From: Octopus vulgaris
Taxonomy: Eukaryota
Assembly: GCA_951406725.2 (NCBI GenBank)
Contig: OX597814.1
Span: forward strand, 15,562,001 to 15,626,000
Direction: 5' to 3'
DNA: 64,000 bases
A program made the translations under genes and the position numbers. Each line of letters begins with the position of its first letter. Positions within the stretch are counted from its first letter, which is position 1. Shown here one piece after another: positions 1 through 14,156 of this stretch. The notes under the pieces were generated by a model that did no database searches, was not told where the DNA came from, and was given only the letters and a program-made list of their open reading frames with translations.

Positions 1-1140
1 TATGTTTAATGTGAGAAAAATATTGAAAAGACATCAGTACATTTGAGAGTGAGAAAGAAGGGTGGTTTGGGTTGTGCTAGAAACAACAGCGAAACCTCTC
101 TTGAAATGTTCTTCTGAAAATATTTACAATTTGCTTTGTTTTTGTTTTTTGAGCAAAAGGCTCCTCCCATGGATTTTAAGTTAAAAAGGAAAATGGCCCA
201 AATCGGTACAGATAGTTATTATTGTAAAGCTTATAGCGTTCCAAACAGCCATAACAACAGGATTACTTTTAAATGTTGTTTACAAAAATTCTACGAGTAT
301 TCTAAAAGAATTTCATTCAATAAATAATGTTTCTGCATTATGCATATATGAATAGAATAAATTGTCAGATTTCCAAATAGTGCATTAAAACTTGGAATGA
401 AAACATGTGAGAGACTTTGAAAATGAATATTTAAATTTGTGCAGCATTGGACGCAGTAAATGCAATGAATATGTAAATTCGCTACACATTGGAGTTAAGA
501 AATTCAATGCACATGCATTTATAAAAATATTTCCAGATGGCCAACCCTTCAATACTTGCTTTCTTTTAGTACTTTTAGTAATTGCTACATACCTAATCAA
601 TAAGCAGCTTACTCCATTAGAGTACAGATAAATAGAGGATATACATACACATACATATACATGTGCGTGTATGTGTGCGTGTATGTATGTACATATGTAT
701 ATATGTACCTATGTATGTATCTATCTATGTAACTATGTATACATATATGTGTCTGTGTGATGTCTGCATGAGTGCAGGTAAGCGAAACAGATAACTCGAT
801 AGTGTGAAGTAGAGTAAAATAATATTTGTTCAGAGCTACATCGAAGTGTTGTGATTATGTAATTTTTTTTTTAGTAATAAAGTAGTAATATTGACGAAAA
901 TGTGGGTATAACCGTATCGTTGCCCCGCCTTTGAAGTGTAGTCGCCCTGCTATAGTTAGAATTCCCGCAGAGGTTTAACCTGTCAGTCAGTGAAGCGGAA
1001 GCGTGAAACTTGACTACGAACTCACTCAGACACACCGTGGAATATAAATATTATTCTAGATTCTACTTCGTTGTAGAGAGTATTTTTAACCCTATTTACA
1101 TATCACCTATCTACCCACGCATTCAGCCATTCTCTCATAC

Positions 1141-1171
1141 AGACACACACACACACACACATGTATATATG

Positions 1172-1232
<61 letters not shown>

Positions 1233-1380
1233 ATATACAATTATATAATAATGTCTGTATCTACAAATACACATACATATATACACACATACAAATACAT
1301 ACATGTATGTATATATATGTATGTGTGTTTGAGTATGTGTGTTTTTGTGTGTATGTGTGTATGTATATGTGTATATATTT
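1141..1380. repeat. Compound (CA)n/(TA)n/(TG)n microsatellite
   Basis: Directly visible; representative of dozens of similar tracts that generate most of the supplied ORFs. Confidence 0.95.
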
Positions 1381-1608
1381 TTCCTGTTGAAGGCGGGTTT
1401 ATGGGGTTACCATGGGTAACTTTATGGTTTGTCGTCAAGACCTGTTGGCTTATGTCATAGGCTAACAGGCTTGTGTTTTTCTAAAAACGATATATATATA
1501 AGCATTATTAAATCTCAGAATGAGATGTAACAGTAATCGCTCGATAATGTAAAGTATAGAAGCCATCTTCATATGGCTAACCACATAGGGGAGGGGGTGT
1601 TACTGTAG

Positions 1609-1677
<69 letters not shown>

Positions 1678-2347
1678 CATATACGTATATATGTACATAC
1701 AGAGACACACACTCATATGTATATATGCACTTGTATATCTGTATGCGTATAAATACTTTCTTTCTGTTTTAGGCTAACTTAAAACATCTTGTATTTCAGG
1801 TAATTGAGAACAAACAAGTATTTATGCAGATCACTCCTCCTTTATATTCTCGAATCAATATCATGACCTGAGAGGTGAAATGGCAAAAAGATTATGTTTT
1901 ACATTATATCTACGTATTCAAGCGGTCGTGTTTTCTAATTGAATTTTACTGCTAACCTGTTCTATATACATCCAATATTTACTTCCCAGTACATCTACAA
2001 TCTAAAACTAGTGATCGAGACATTAAGATATTTAACCTCATATTAATCGTAAATTTGATGTTTATATTCTTGACAGAAGCACTACTTTTGTGTCCATAGA
2101 CACGAATGCGCACTATATTGACTTATAAAGGTCATGAAGCGCATAGTACACAAATAATTATTTAAAGAATATTTTGTTAACTTGCTATGAACGGATCAAA
2201 TCCTCTCGTGGACAAATCTTAGAATAACTGCTGTTTTCTTTACATGCATTATTATATTCTCAGAACGTAATGCATATGAAAAATCGTTTTAATATTACAT
2301 ACTACGTGAGACATGAATAAACTGAATGCAAATGCGAAAAAAAAAAC

Positions 2348-2748
2348 ACGTACTCAGTAAACTTGGCAAACTATTTTCTTGTATAAGGGTTGTACTGGAT
2401 AGATTACGAGAATAAACCTAACAGTTCAAATACTAAGTAATAAGCATACTCAATTTCATTTTAACCAAATAAATTAGGAAAATGAATAGGTTATTTCCCT
2501 TGGCTACATATAAGGATCCTTTCTAGGGGCGAATGGGTTATTTCCCATGGTGTTTAAAATAAAATATATTAGATATATAAAAGGATCCCTTCTAGGTGCC
2601 TGATTATCGATTTTTTTCAACAATCTGAGTATGCCATGAGGTTTCCAGACATGAGTTCAACTCATGTGTCAAGTTTCATCAAATTCGATAAAACATCGTA
2701 GGATGAATTAGCTAACACCTCCACAAAAACACCCACAGACAGAATTTC
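2348..2748 (-). mobile_element. Internally deleted copy of the Helitron-like element at 4022-4940, in inverted orientation
   Basis: 2370-2748 is the reverse complement of 4038-4417 with about 7 mismatches; 2348-2370 reads tttgccaagtttactgagtacgt on the minus strand, matching tttgccggaattactgggtacgt near 4911-4933. Confidence 0.7.
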
Positions 2749-4021
2749 ATTTTTTTTTTTTTGTACGAATGTGGCAGTTCATTCCGTCAGTACTCTGCTA
2801 ACAAAATCTTTCGTTGACTTTCGAAATACTGCGTAGAACACCGAACGCGTGATTTGCAAAATTTACTCATATTCACATATATGCATATATGTGTTTGCGT
2901 GTGTGTGTGTTAGCGCGTTTATGTTTGTATTCGTATGTGTGTGTATTCATGTGTGTGTGCACGGATGTATGAATGTTTGTGTGTGTAATGCAATATGAGT
3001 TACTGGATATAATGTGAAAAAATTTCCTTAGCCCTTTGAGTCCCTAACACCAGTTAACCTGTGGATGGCTTATTTCTCTTCTATACTGTAGCACCGCTCT
3101 ACCGGTGGAAAACATCTGAAAGCCAAGTATATGGTCAAATAAGGTTCAGGAGGTCAAGGTTCAAAGGGTTAAAAATGTGATATATAATATATTTTTTTAA
3201 TATAGTTACTAGGACTGAAAAAGACGCTACTCCGAGTTTTGTCAATTGTTCATAAAATATATTTTGAGTATAAATAAATTCCAAAGTGAAAGGATGTTCT
3301 GGCGCTGAAAAATCCATATGAAAATCTTTAGTTGGCCGTTTTGGAAAGAGAGATCGGAAGTTCAAAGAAATATACTAAGAACACATGATAAGCAGAGAGG
3401 TCTGGCAATAAAATCAATAGATTCCAGTTGCAAATACAAATGGGGGGTTACTGAGAAATTAAAATTTTATGAAAAAGGTGATTAGAAGGCAAATTTTTTC
3501 AAGGCGGAAAATGTCCCGACTTTAAATATCTATGCAGCTCAGACATCTTAATGAGTGTAAAACTGCTGGAAAATGAAGGTACTTCGAGAAATACCTACTA
3601 ATTAACTTGACATATCATTACATATGGGTAAGTATACACATCTGTTAAATTCTACTTTACAACTTCTAATTTATGACACACATGTCTATCTATATGTGTG
3701 AGGTGTGCGTTCGTAGATGCTTGCTCTTATCAATTTGCGCTCACTCATTTTCATCTTTACCACGCAACAGCTCCTGAAGCCGACTTACATTAGGTGTCTT
3801 TTTATTTTTAAGATTATAAATCATTTATTACATTGATATATATTTCACAGAGGGAAAGAAAAATAATCGACTTCTATATGGGTTTATAAGTTCTCTCTAA
3901 TTCCCATAATCCCATACACCCGGTGAGACACGTGTGCTGAGTATATGACATGAGTCTGAAGGGTTTCTATCAAGAAAAGACCTCTGCAAAATAGATATAA
4001 AAATCTACAGTTTCTGTTACA

Positions 4022-4940
4022 TCTACTACATATATACGAAATTCTGTCTGTGGGTGTTTTTGTGGAGGTGTTAGCTAATTCATCCTACGACGTTTTATCG
4101 AATTTGATGAAACTTGACACATGAGTTGAACTCATGTCTGGAAACCTCATGGCATACTCAGATTGTTGAAAAAAAATCGATAATCAGGCACCTAGAAGGG
4201 ATCCTTTTATATATCTAATATATTTTATTTTAAAGACCATGGGAAATAACCCATTCGCCCCTAGAAAAGATCCTTATATGTAGCCAAGGGAAATAACCTA
4301 TTCATTTTCCTAATTTATTTGATTAAAATGAAATTGAGTATGCTTATTATTTAGTATTTGAACTGTTAGGTTTATTCTCGTAATCTATCCAATACAACCC
4401 TTAAACAAGAAAATAGTATTTTCCTAAACAATAGTTCCACTAATTTTGGTTAGTGATTTATTCACGAATATAGCAACACTAGTGCCCCTGGGAGTAATAT
4501 TCTCTGGGAACGCACAAAAGCTCTTTTCATAGTTATTTACTTTGAATTGTTATTATCTCATATATGATTAGCCTGTTATAACGTAACATGCTTCACCATT
4601 TTAGTATACATATATTATTAGTATTTCCGCCTATGTTCTATAAATTCAGGGAAAGCATTAGAGTCCTTTTCGGGGGTACTTTATGTGAATTCTTACTATC
4701 GGGTAGCTAATTTCATGTTATTACATAACTCACTTCACAATTTGGGTATTCATAACTTATTGAGAATTCCTAAAAACAAGATTCTGTGCAAGGCAGTTCG
4801 GTATTCTCTGTAAATACACAAAAACCATTTTAAAGGCAACATACTTTGTATTGTTGTTGCTGTACTACCGAAACAATTATGAGGACGGAACCAAGGGATA
4901 ATCCCCGCTTTTTGCCGGAATTACTGGGTACGTCAGCGAG
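4022..4940 (+). mobile_element. Non-autonomous Helitron-like element
   Basis: Starts A|TCTACTACATATATA; ends with a short hairpin (ccggaattactgg) then CGAG|T (degenerate CTAG); same end architecture as 39757-40152. Confidence 0.55.
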
Positions 4941-4956
4941 TTATATATAAGTGTAA

Positions 4957-5342
4957 AGGTGGCGAGCTAGCAGAAACGTTCGCACGCCGAGCGAAATGCT
5001 TAGCTGTATTTCGTCTGCCGCTACATTCTGAGTTCAAATTCCGCCGAGGTCAACTTTGCCTTTCATCCTTTCGGGGTCGATAAATTAAATACCAGTTACG
5101 TACTGGGGTCGATATAATCGACTTAATCCGTTTGTCTGTCCTTGTTCGTTCCCTCTGTGTTTAGCTCATTGTGGGTAGTAAAGAAATAGGTATTTCGTCT
5201 GTCATTACGTTCTATGTTCAAATTCAACCGAGGTCATCTTTGCCTTTCATCGGGAAATTAAGTACCAGTTGCGTACTAAGATCGATCTAATCGACTGGCC
5301 CCCTTTCCAAAAGTTTCGGGTCTTGTGCCTAGAGTAGAAAAA
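4957..5342 (+). mobile_element. tRNA-derived SINE family A, with a second partial body in tandem
   Basis: ggcgagctagcagaaacgtt head, gagttcaaattcc B-box, gcctttcatcctttcggggtcgataaa central domain repeated twice. Confidence 0.9.
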
Positions 5343-6003
5343 ATAGCATATAAATATACACGTGTCTGCACGTGTGTGCATATGTTCATGTGCGTTTATA
5401 TAAGCATATATGTATATATATATACATGCTTACGTGTATGCGTGTGGAGAGGAGGGTGGATGTATAAAGGAAGCCAAACTATGAAATAAATGATATTTCA
5501 ACTACCCTATAATTTCCGATTCCTTATACACGATTCATTAAACTTATGACTCCAAGGAGGTGAAGCATCAGTAAAGCCATTGCCTCTCAAAAATATTAGG
5601 TAAGTTTGGCAGCTTTACGATTTATATTTTTTATCACATAAGTGCAATACAATTAATGATTTTTTAATATATTTATTGCATTAAGTAATCATGCATTTCT
5701 GTTAGAATATTAACCTTGTTGACAAGGGTATTCCCTTTTGTGATTCATTTTTGTATTAAATGTATTATTAATCTCTCCAGAGACAGTTGTGTGCATTTAC
5801 ATTCCTGAAAGTACAACGTGTCGAAAATTCACTAATACAAATTTTTGAATTATTGGTTAATTCATTTTATTCGTATACGGATGAGAAATAAACTACTTTT
5901 TCGAGTGTGAAATTTATCCCAAAACTATATATTTGAATAGACTCAATATACGTGTGTGCACTAAATATATTGTACAGCGTATAAATATATCATATTTCAT
6001 ACT

Positions 6004-6110
<107 letters not shown>

Positions 6111-6174
6111 TGAGAGAGAGAGATGTAGGTAGATAGATAGATAGGTAGATAGATATACATATACACATATATAG

Positions 6175-6222
<48 letters not shown>

Positions 6223-6229
<7 letters not shown>

Positions 6230-6437
6230 ATATTTCGGAATGGTCAGATTGCCAGTTTAGCCAATAAAAACACACGCACTATATATTTGGTGTTATTTTG
6301 CTTCAGTGTTATTTATTTATTACATTAATCTTAATCTTATTTCGGCTAAACTGGCAATATGACCATTCCGAAATATAAGAATATCTGTTTCAACACACGA
6401 CTTCACATAAAAAATCTTGCACAACAAATATTTAAAC

Positions 6438-6440
<3 letters not shown>
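6223..6440. mobile_element. Short element with 40-bp inverted repeats embedded in (TA)n
   Basis: 6223-6262 is the reverse complement of 6344-6383 with 2 mismatches; (TA)n on both sides. Confidence 0.6.
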
Positions 6441-6480
<40 letters not shown>

Positions 6481-6483
<3 letters not shown>

Positions 6484-6950
6484 GAGGTATGATCAATAAA
6501 AATCCGGATTGGTGCTATAAAAACAGGACTAGAGCACGTGCTAAGTTGTCCTTTGATCTCCTTCGGAAGGCATATACTTAATCCAGCGCTGTTTCCATTG
6601 ATGGAAGCATTCCTGGAACTCGTTTACTGGGATAATCAGCTACTCTCTCGTTGTTTTCACTTCCTTGACGTCCTGAAATTTTCCTTTGAAGCGAGATTTG
6701 ATTTTTGGAAAGTGGGAAGAAATGCAAGGGATGAGATCTGGGGAATACGATGGCTATTGGACCTTGGGAATTCTGTCCCTAGCCAAAAACCGCTGTATAC
6801 GCTGCGCTGAATGGGCAGATGCGTTGTCATGGTGAAATTGCTACTCACCGTACGCACAATTGTGGCCTTTTTCCAATGAATAACATCCCACAAACACCGC
6901 AAAGCATTACGATAGTACTCCTTGTTTACTGTTTGGCCAGGTGGAGCATT
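6481..6950 (-). mobile_element. Mariner transposon relic, 3' part of transposase plus TIR
   Basis: Minus strand reads QFHHDNASAHS...KVQ*PSYSPDLIPC (mariner HHDNA and YSPDL motifs); TACGAGGTATGATCAATAAAAATCCGG TIR at 6481. Confidence 0.85.
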
Positions 6951-7393
6951 TGTTCTGGCTGTATGTATGTGTATGCATACGCATGTGTGCGTGTGCGTAT
7001 GTGTGTATTTTCTTTGGGATATATTTTCAATTTATTTTTCTAATTGCGTAAGTGATGAGGTACTTTCGTTTATGAGTGCTGTTGGGATTTGTAACTTTTT
7101 GAATTGCTTCATGTATGCACATATGTGTGACAATTTTGCTTATGTATGTATATGCGTGTGGATAAACTACCACTCATCTATATGCGTATCGGGAGGGAAC
7201 GCGACTGTCACCCAGGGACCTGAAATGAGGCATTCCTAAAAATTTTTTAAACATTTTCACTTTTCTGTAAGCGATTATATCTGAAGGCAAGTTAGTTTGT
7301 TTTTATTTAATTTTTTTCGTTTATTTCATTTATTACTTTTTGAGAATCCAATCTTTTTCTGTGTCTAGGCAGCTCTACAGTTACATATCCTAG

Positions 7394-7779
7394 GATGGAA
7401 GCACTCCGTCGGTTACGACGATGAGGGTTCCGGTTGATCCGAATCAACGGAACTGCCTGCTCGTGAAATTAACGTGTTAGTGGCTGAGCACTCCACATAC
7501 ACGTGTACCCTTAACGTAGTTCTCGGGGATATTCAACGTGACACAGAGAGTGACAAGGCCGGCCCTTTGAAATACAGGTACAACAGAAACAGGAAGTAAG
7601 AGTGAGCGAAAGTTGTGGTGAAAGAGTACAGCAGGGATCACCACCATCCCCTGCCGGAGCTTCGTGGAGCTTTTAGGTGTTTTCGCTCAATAAACACTCA
7701 CAACGCCCGGTCTGGGAATCGAAACCGTGATCCTATGACCGCGAGTCCGCTGCCCTAACCACTTGGCCATTGCGCCTCC
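7394..7779 (-). mobile_element. tRNA-derived SINE family B, full length
   Basis: ggaggcgcaatggccaagtggttaggg head on the minus strand; 11-bp TSD acatatcctag at 7383-7393 and 7780-7790. Confidence 0.93.
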
Positions 7780-7924
7780 ACATATCCTAGAGCACCTATG
7801 ATAATAAAAAAAAAATCTGCAGACTGTATTTAAGAGCTGTATGCCTCTCAGTAATTTTCCCCAAACCTTGAAGACACATTCATATCTGCTGGGCAGCTGA
7901 TCTTTACAATAGTGCACGTAGGCA

Positions 7925-8004
7925 AATATGTATGTATATATGTATGCATGTATGTATGTATGTATGTATGTATGTATGTATGTATGTATGTATGTATGTA
8001 TGTA

Positions 8005-8066
<62 letters not shown>

Positions 8067-8115
8067 TGTATGTATGTATGTATGTATGTATGTATGTATG
8101 TATGTATGTATGTAT
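7925..8115. repeat. (TATG)n/(TG)n microsatellite
   Basis: Directly visible; a second (TATG)n tract at about 8675-8790. Confidence 0.95.
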
Positions 8116-8424
8116 CTGTCATTATTTAGTTTTCTTTTAAGATATCTTGCCAATAGAGAAAGGGTCGTTTTCTCATATAGACTCAAGTCTCCTTCATTGG
8201 AATTTCAACATCAACAGGTATTTTTGTGTGTTTCTGTGTATGTATATGTGCAGATTTGTATAATATTTTGTTATATGTATGCATTCTCATGCATATGTTG
8301 CATGTCTAGACATGCTCATATATACTTAAATATATGACTCCAAGAAAAATGAATTTTGTAGTTTTGGTGTCTTCTCTATCTGCGACTAGACCGAATCTCT
8401 TTACTTGTTGAGCGTGCACTTTCG

Positions 8425-8650
8425 TTCTGTTCCTCAGTTGTGTTGTAATTGATATTTGGTTCAGCCATATTGCTTGTAGTAACTCTCTACATTGTAAATT
8501 CAAGTTTCTATCGAAAGTTCACGATGATTTTGAATGATAGGCTCCCTCGGTTAATTCATCTGGAGGTTAGCCAGTTATCTAATAGAGTTGATAGTTGTGG
8601 CTTAAAAGTTGAAGATAACATTCATCGTATTTTCGATAGTCTCCCACTCC
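8425..8650. repeat. Diverged dispersed repeat, also at 30003-30240 and 28327-28406
   Basis: Colinear shared blocks (tgtgttgt, ttcagcc, aattcaa, tagccagtt, tgatagttg, ataacattcatcg). Confidence 0.65.
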
Positions 8651-10442
8651 AAATACGCGATTTGTTGCTTCGAGTATGTATGTATGTATGTATGTATGTA
8701 TGTATGTATGTATGTATGTATGTATGTATGTATGTATGTATGTATGTATGTATGTGTGTGTATGTATGTATGAATGTATTTATGTATGTATCGAATTTTT
8801 TCGCAAGTTATAAGGTCATTACATTCTCCGTTTCCTTTTGATAAAAGTATTTTTATCTCGAAATATTGAAATTTAAGGTAATGGTTGAATGGTTTTGCCT
8901 TCCTGCATTCGCTAATTTATTCCAGTTTTCATTGTACTGGCTCGTTAAAACAATGTCAAGTCTGTCTCATTGCTCCGTTCATAAAAGAGAGGGCGAGAGA
9001 GAGGGGGAGGGGGAGAGAGGTAGAAGCACGTGAAGAAAGGTCTATAGATAGTCAGACAGTTATTCTCAAGACACAGATGAAAATTTACATTAATGTAAAT
9101 ATCGGTTTATGTAAAGATGGTGCCCAACAATACAAATGATGCTATTGCCAATGTATAAAGTTCAATAAATATATATGCTTATGTGCTGTGTGTTGTGTAT
9201 ATTTGCATGTGCTGTGCTGTGTGAGAGTGGATGTGTGTATGTGTGAGTGTATGTGTGTGATGATGATGATGATGTGTGTGTGTATGTCTAGTCTTGTGTG
9301 GTTTTTGTTCGCCTGTGAGCGTCTGGGTCCACATATAACACCAAACATTACTAATTCACAATGAATTGTCAAAGCAAATAAAATTTATAAAATCATAATA
9401 TAAGCTTACATATTGTATATATAAAAACATAAAGCACCGGAAATTGAATATAGTTTTGTTTGTGTACAACAGACATGTCTTATTTATTTCTCTCAGGGTG
9501 AAAAATATTTATATTGTACTAGGTGAACATTATCGCTTTGATATATGTTTGAAATACGGAAATATTTATGTAAAAATGTTTTTAGTTCTTTTCTATCTTA
9601 TTTTCATTCAAAATGAACTGTATTCCAAAAACACATTAATTTCAATAATTGGAAAATATAATAAACAACATTAATTGAATTTTTGTAGTAATATTGCTAG
9701 AAGCATTTATCATGAAATTTAGAATCTCTGTAAATTTGATTTAATGATAGATATGAATTATTTAAATCGAAGGAAATAAAAAGCCTGATATCTTAGACAG
9801 AAGTTCAGTGAGTAGAAACAATTTTTAGGAGGTTAAACATGTGTATATCCGTTCAACCACAGCAACGAGTTTGAGATCTGCATTAATAGAGAATTTAGCA
9901 TGTATATTTTTAGTTGTAGTGAGCAAATAGGATATTCACTCTAATCTTATTGCTTGAAAAGAAACGACGGTGTCTTAATGCAATACTAGCACACAATTGC
10001 CGGGTGCTGTCGAGATTGCGATTATACTTTGGATTATTTCAAGCCCATATAGCGTTAAAAATTAACACGTTGATATGGGATTGGAACCTAAATTATTAAT
10101 ATTAATTGGTGATGCTGAAATAGTCTCATTTCTGTGAATTCACTTCACTTGAGCGGATTAACATCGTTACCGGGTATTCGCATTTGTTATAATAAATACA
10201 TGCACCTTAAATGCCGTTTCAGTGCAGCTTACTCAATAATGTCGTATATGAATTTGAAGGTTAGCATTCAAACTGATTATCTATATGAGTGGTTGTCTAC
10301 CGGGGCTATATGGTCCTTGCGGGTCAATATAAAATTTTGGTGGGGTTCACGCAACAAAATAGTAAATTGGGGATCCGTAATAGTATTTTAAGGGCCATTG
10401 AAAAAATGCTGCTTTAGATGTGTGTATTGGTATGTATTTGTG

Positions 10443-10750
10443 GTGGGGCAATGGCCCAGTGATTTGGGCAGCAGACTCGCGGTCGGAGGATCGCAGTTTC
10501 GATTCACAGACCGGGCGTTGTGTGTGTTTATTGAGCGAAAACAACTAAAAGATCCACGAGACTCCGGCAGGGGTTGGTGGCAACCCCTGTTGTACTCTTT
10601 CGCCACAACTTTCTCTCCCTCTCTCTTCTTGTTTCTTGAGTAACGCTGCTATGCGATGGACTGGTGTCCCGTCCAGCTGGGGGGAACACATACACCACAG
10701 AAACCGGGAAACCGGGCCCATGAGCCTGGCTAGGCTTGAAAACGGCGACG
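10443..10750 (+). mobile_element. SINE family B head with alternative 3' tail
   Basis: gcaatggcccagtg head and family B body; tail gcgatggactggtgtcccgtccagc differs from the 7394 and 12064 copies. Confidence 0.85.
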
Positions 10751-12063
10751 TCTATGTTTTTTTTTTTTTATTGGTATGTATTACAAGAAACAACCAGGCT
10801 TCTTTCCCTAACATTTTATATAGTCCAACCTACACAAGTTAATGGAGTGGAAAACAAAAATAGAAATTTTTCAAATAGGGAGCTTCTATAAAACGCGTTT
10901 TTAAACATAGAATGTCTATGGGGATCAACCAGAATGAAAAAATAATCACAGGCGTCCATAAATATAAAATGGTTGAAAACTCCTGATCCATATCCATACA
11001 GTTTGGCATGTCTTGAAAGACTTAGATTGACAATATTCATTCTGTTTAGCTATCAACATACTGCACATTATTTTATTCGTACCATTATCAGTTAAAATAT
11101 TGCAGCCTGTCAGAGTTCAGATGATATGACATACATACTATCATTTACAGTAAACCATGTCATCTGTAGGAAAGAAACCACCATAATGTTTGCAAAAAGA
11201 GGGAACACTGTGGACATCACGCATCAAATAGAAAATTTTGAATCACAAAATGTACAGAAAATTAAATGGCAGTTCTTAATTTAATTAAAAGGGTAAAATT
11301 GGTTAAGGATGTGGTTCATATAGCCTTATTCTCTTATTTACGCATAAGAATTGTATTTATGTATAAATGTAATTTGGAAGAATTGTTTTATGAAGAGATA
11401 CAGCAAGAAGAAATGCAACCACAATTTAAGCTATCAGTTGAACTCAAGAAAAAGAAAACCAGGAAGATATACTTTTAAAAAATATAAATGGTTTAAAATT
11501 AAACATTTTATCTTTAAACCATTAAACCAAAGTTTAACGATATTCAACTTATGCAAATAGCTCTTATCGTTTTAGAACAATGTACCCCGATCTACATTAT
11601 CTGACATGCTATATAAGCACACTCACACGCATTCACACAAACACACACACACACACACATACACATACACACACACATACTCACACACATTTATTTGAAA
11701 GTGGCTAAGATTTATCACACCACAAGAGTTTTTCGTTTTCTTTCCTTCACGTTAACGAAAATTACAATAAATCTAGTTAAGAATTTACTGCGTGCGGCAT
11801 TCAGTATATCACCCATTAACTTAATTATCTATACTCATGCTATTGTTTCAGTGAATTATTCACTTACGTCTTTTATATCCAATACAATTGCTTGTGTGCA
11901 TACTGATATGGATGCAAACAGAGTCGAGTGGTTGTCGGCTACAGAATGTATACCGTTTTGGTAAGTGATTTTTACGCAAAGTCATAGGTCGCCTAAAGCT
12001 TTGTCAGCGCCATTAGATGGACAGAAAGTTGCGTAATTCACTGTCCTGGTAATTCGAATGTTC

Positions 12064-12444
12064 GGAGGCGCAATGGCCCAGTGGTTAGGGCAGCGGATTC
12101 GCGGTCGTAGGATCGCGGTTTCGATACCCAGACCGGGCGTTGTGAGTGTTTATTGAGCGAAAACACCTAAAGCTCCACGAGGCTCCGGCAGGGGATGGTG
12201 GTGATCCCTGCTCTACTCTTTCACCACAACTTTCTCTCACTCTTTCTTCCGGTTTCTGTTTTACCTGTATTTCAAAGGGCCGGCATTGTCACTCTCTGTG
12301 TCACGCTGAATATCCCCGAGAACTACGTTAAGGGTACACGTGTTTGTGGAGTGCTCAGCCACTTACACGTTAATTTCACGAGCAGGCCGTTCCGTTGGTC
12401 GGATCAACCGGTACCCTCATCGTCGTAACCGACGGAGTGCTGCC
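12064..12444 (+). mobile_element. SINE family B, full length
   Basis: Head ggaggcgcaatggcccagtggttaggg; 13-bp TSD aattc(g/a)aatgttc at 12051-12063 and 12445-12457. Confidence 0.93.
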
Positions 12445-12576
12445 AATTCAAATGTTCAGCTTTTCCCAAATGTAGAGTCATGCTTGATTCAATCAGAAAA
12501 TCACCTTAACGCAAGCTGTGGTTACGCAATGCAAGCTAATTTGATGACTACATACTGCAGTAGAACGACACAAAAT

Positions 12577-12790
12577 TCCTCCTCCTCCTCCTCATCATCA
12601 TCATCATCATCATCAGCATCATCGTCATCATCACCATCATCATCATCATCATCAACAACAACACCACTACCATCACAACCTCCACCACCATCGCCACTAC
12701 CAACAGCAACAACAGCACAACCATGACCATCAGCACCGCTACACCACTAAGTTCATCATCATCATTATAATCATGACCACAACCATTATC
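12577..12790. repeat. (CCT/CAT/CAC)n trinucleotide low-complexity tract
   Basis: Directly visible. Confidence 0.9.
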
Positions 12791-13161
12791 AGGGCCATCA
12801 CTACTACGACCATCCTTATGATAATATATGTCTATGCATCTACGCATGTGTATGCGCGAAAATATTCCGAGATGTTTATGACCGGCTGCGTGACGACAGA
12901 TAGTAGTATTTGGGTTTAGTGTAATCCTTTCTTAAGATCAATATTTCTGACTAGAAACTAAACCATTAAATATTTTTCTTCAGCTAAAACATATAAATCA
13001 AAAGTTAATTGTGACAAAAGTATTTGTAATATTGATTTTTATTCAAAGGCAACAACAAGAAAATAATATTTGAAGAACCCTAAAAGGCTATTAACTATAT
13101 CATAAATTCTATTCCTCTAACTGTTGCCAATCTTTCTATTTCTAAAATTGACGGATAGCAT

Positions 13162-13261
13162 NNNNNNNNNNNNNNNNNNNNNNNNNNNNNNNNNNNNNNN
13201 NNNNNNNNNNNNNNNNNNNNNNNNNNNNNNNNNNNNNNNNNNNNNNNNNNNNNNNNNNNNN
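13162..13261. other. Assembly gap (100 N)
   Basis: Exactly 100 Ns; the true size is unknown. Confidence 0.99.
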
Positions 13262-13400
13262 GAAGGATAGCATTTGAACTTCTGGAGATGAAACGCAAAT
13301 CATTGGTAAATAATGTACATTTTGAAAATTTATAGACACCGTCTAACATACTTAAGTACAAGGAGACAAGCATTGAGTGAAGTCCTTTTATAAATTGCAT
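13262..13400 (-). pseudogene. Possible decayed LINE reverse transcriptase fragment
   Basis: Minus frame SKCTLFTNDLRF resembles the LFADDL RT motif; weak. Confidence 0.3.
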
Positions 13401-13918
13401 TATGCTTGTGCCTCTGTGTATGTGTGTGTATGTGTATGTGTGTGTGCGCGTGTACATAAAGAAACAGATAGATAGATAAATAGGTAGATAGACAAATACA
13501 TACATACAAAAATACATACATACATACGTGCATATAGAAACACAGACATACGTATACACGTATAAGTATATTTCATAATTCTTTGCTTTCTTTTATTTCT
13601 CTCAGTGATCGGGCTACGGCCATGCTGAGACATCTCAAAAGCAACTTAATCGATGCAATCAACATCAGTACGTATTCTTTCAGTAAATTTTTGCTAAACT
13701 GCTAAATTGCAAGAGCTCAGACAAATTAATGCCTGTTGCCTATAGGTGAGAGACAACTACAAATATTTAGAAGCACAAAAACGCCCTCTCTCTTTCTCTC
13801 CCTCTCTCTCTCTCATACACACATACATAAACCCATATACATACCATACACACACATACATCCATAGGTACATACATACGTATATATTAGTGCATCGCGT
13901 GAGCGTCATATCTGCTAC

Positions 13919-14156
13919 ACCTATTTCTTTATTACCCACAAGGGGCTAAACATAGAGGGGACAAACATGGGCAGACATAGGTATTAAGTCGATTACATTG
14001 ACCCCAGTGCGTAACTGGTACTTAATTTATCGACCCCGAAAGGATGAAAGGCAAAGTCGACCTCGGCGGAATTTGAACTCGGAACGTAACGACAGACGAA
14101 ATACCGCTAAGCATTTCGCTCGGCGTGCTAACGTTTCTGCCAGCTCGTCGCCGCTA
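13919..14156 (-). mobile_element. SINE family A, full length
   Basis: Family A on the minus strand; 12-bp TSD catatctgctac at 13907-13918 and 14157-14168. Confidence 0.93.

Noticed and set aside
12064-12140. tRNA-like heads as genuine tRNA genes
   Set aside because: They continue into SINE bodies, are multicopy with TSDs, and I could not build a clean cloverleaf
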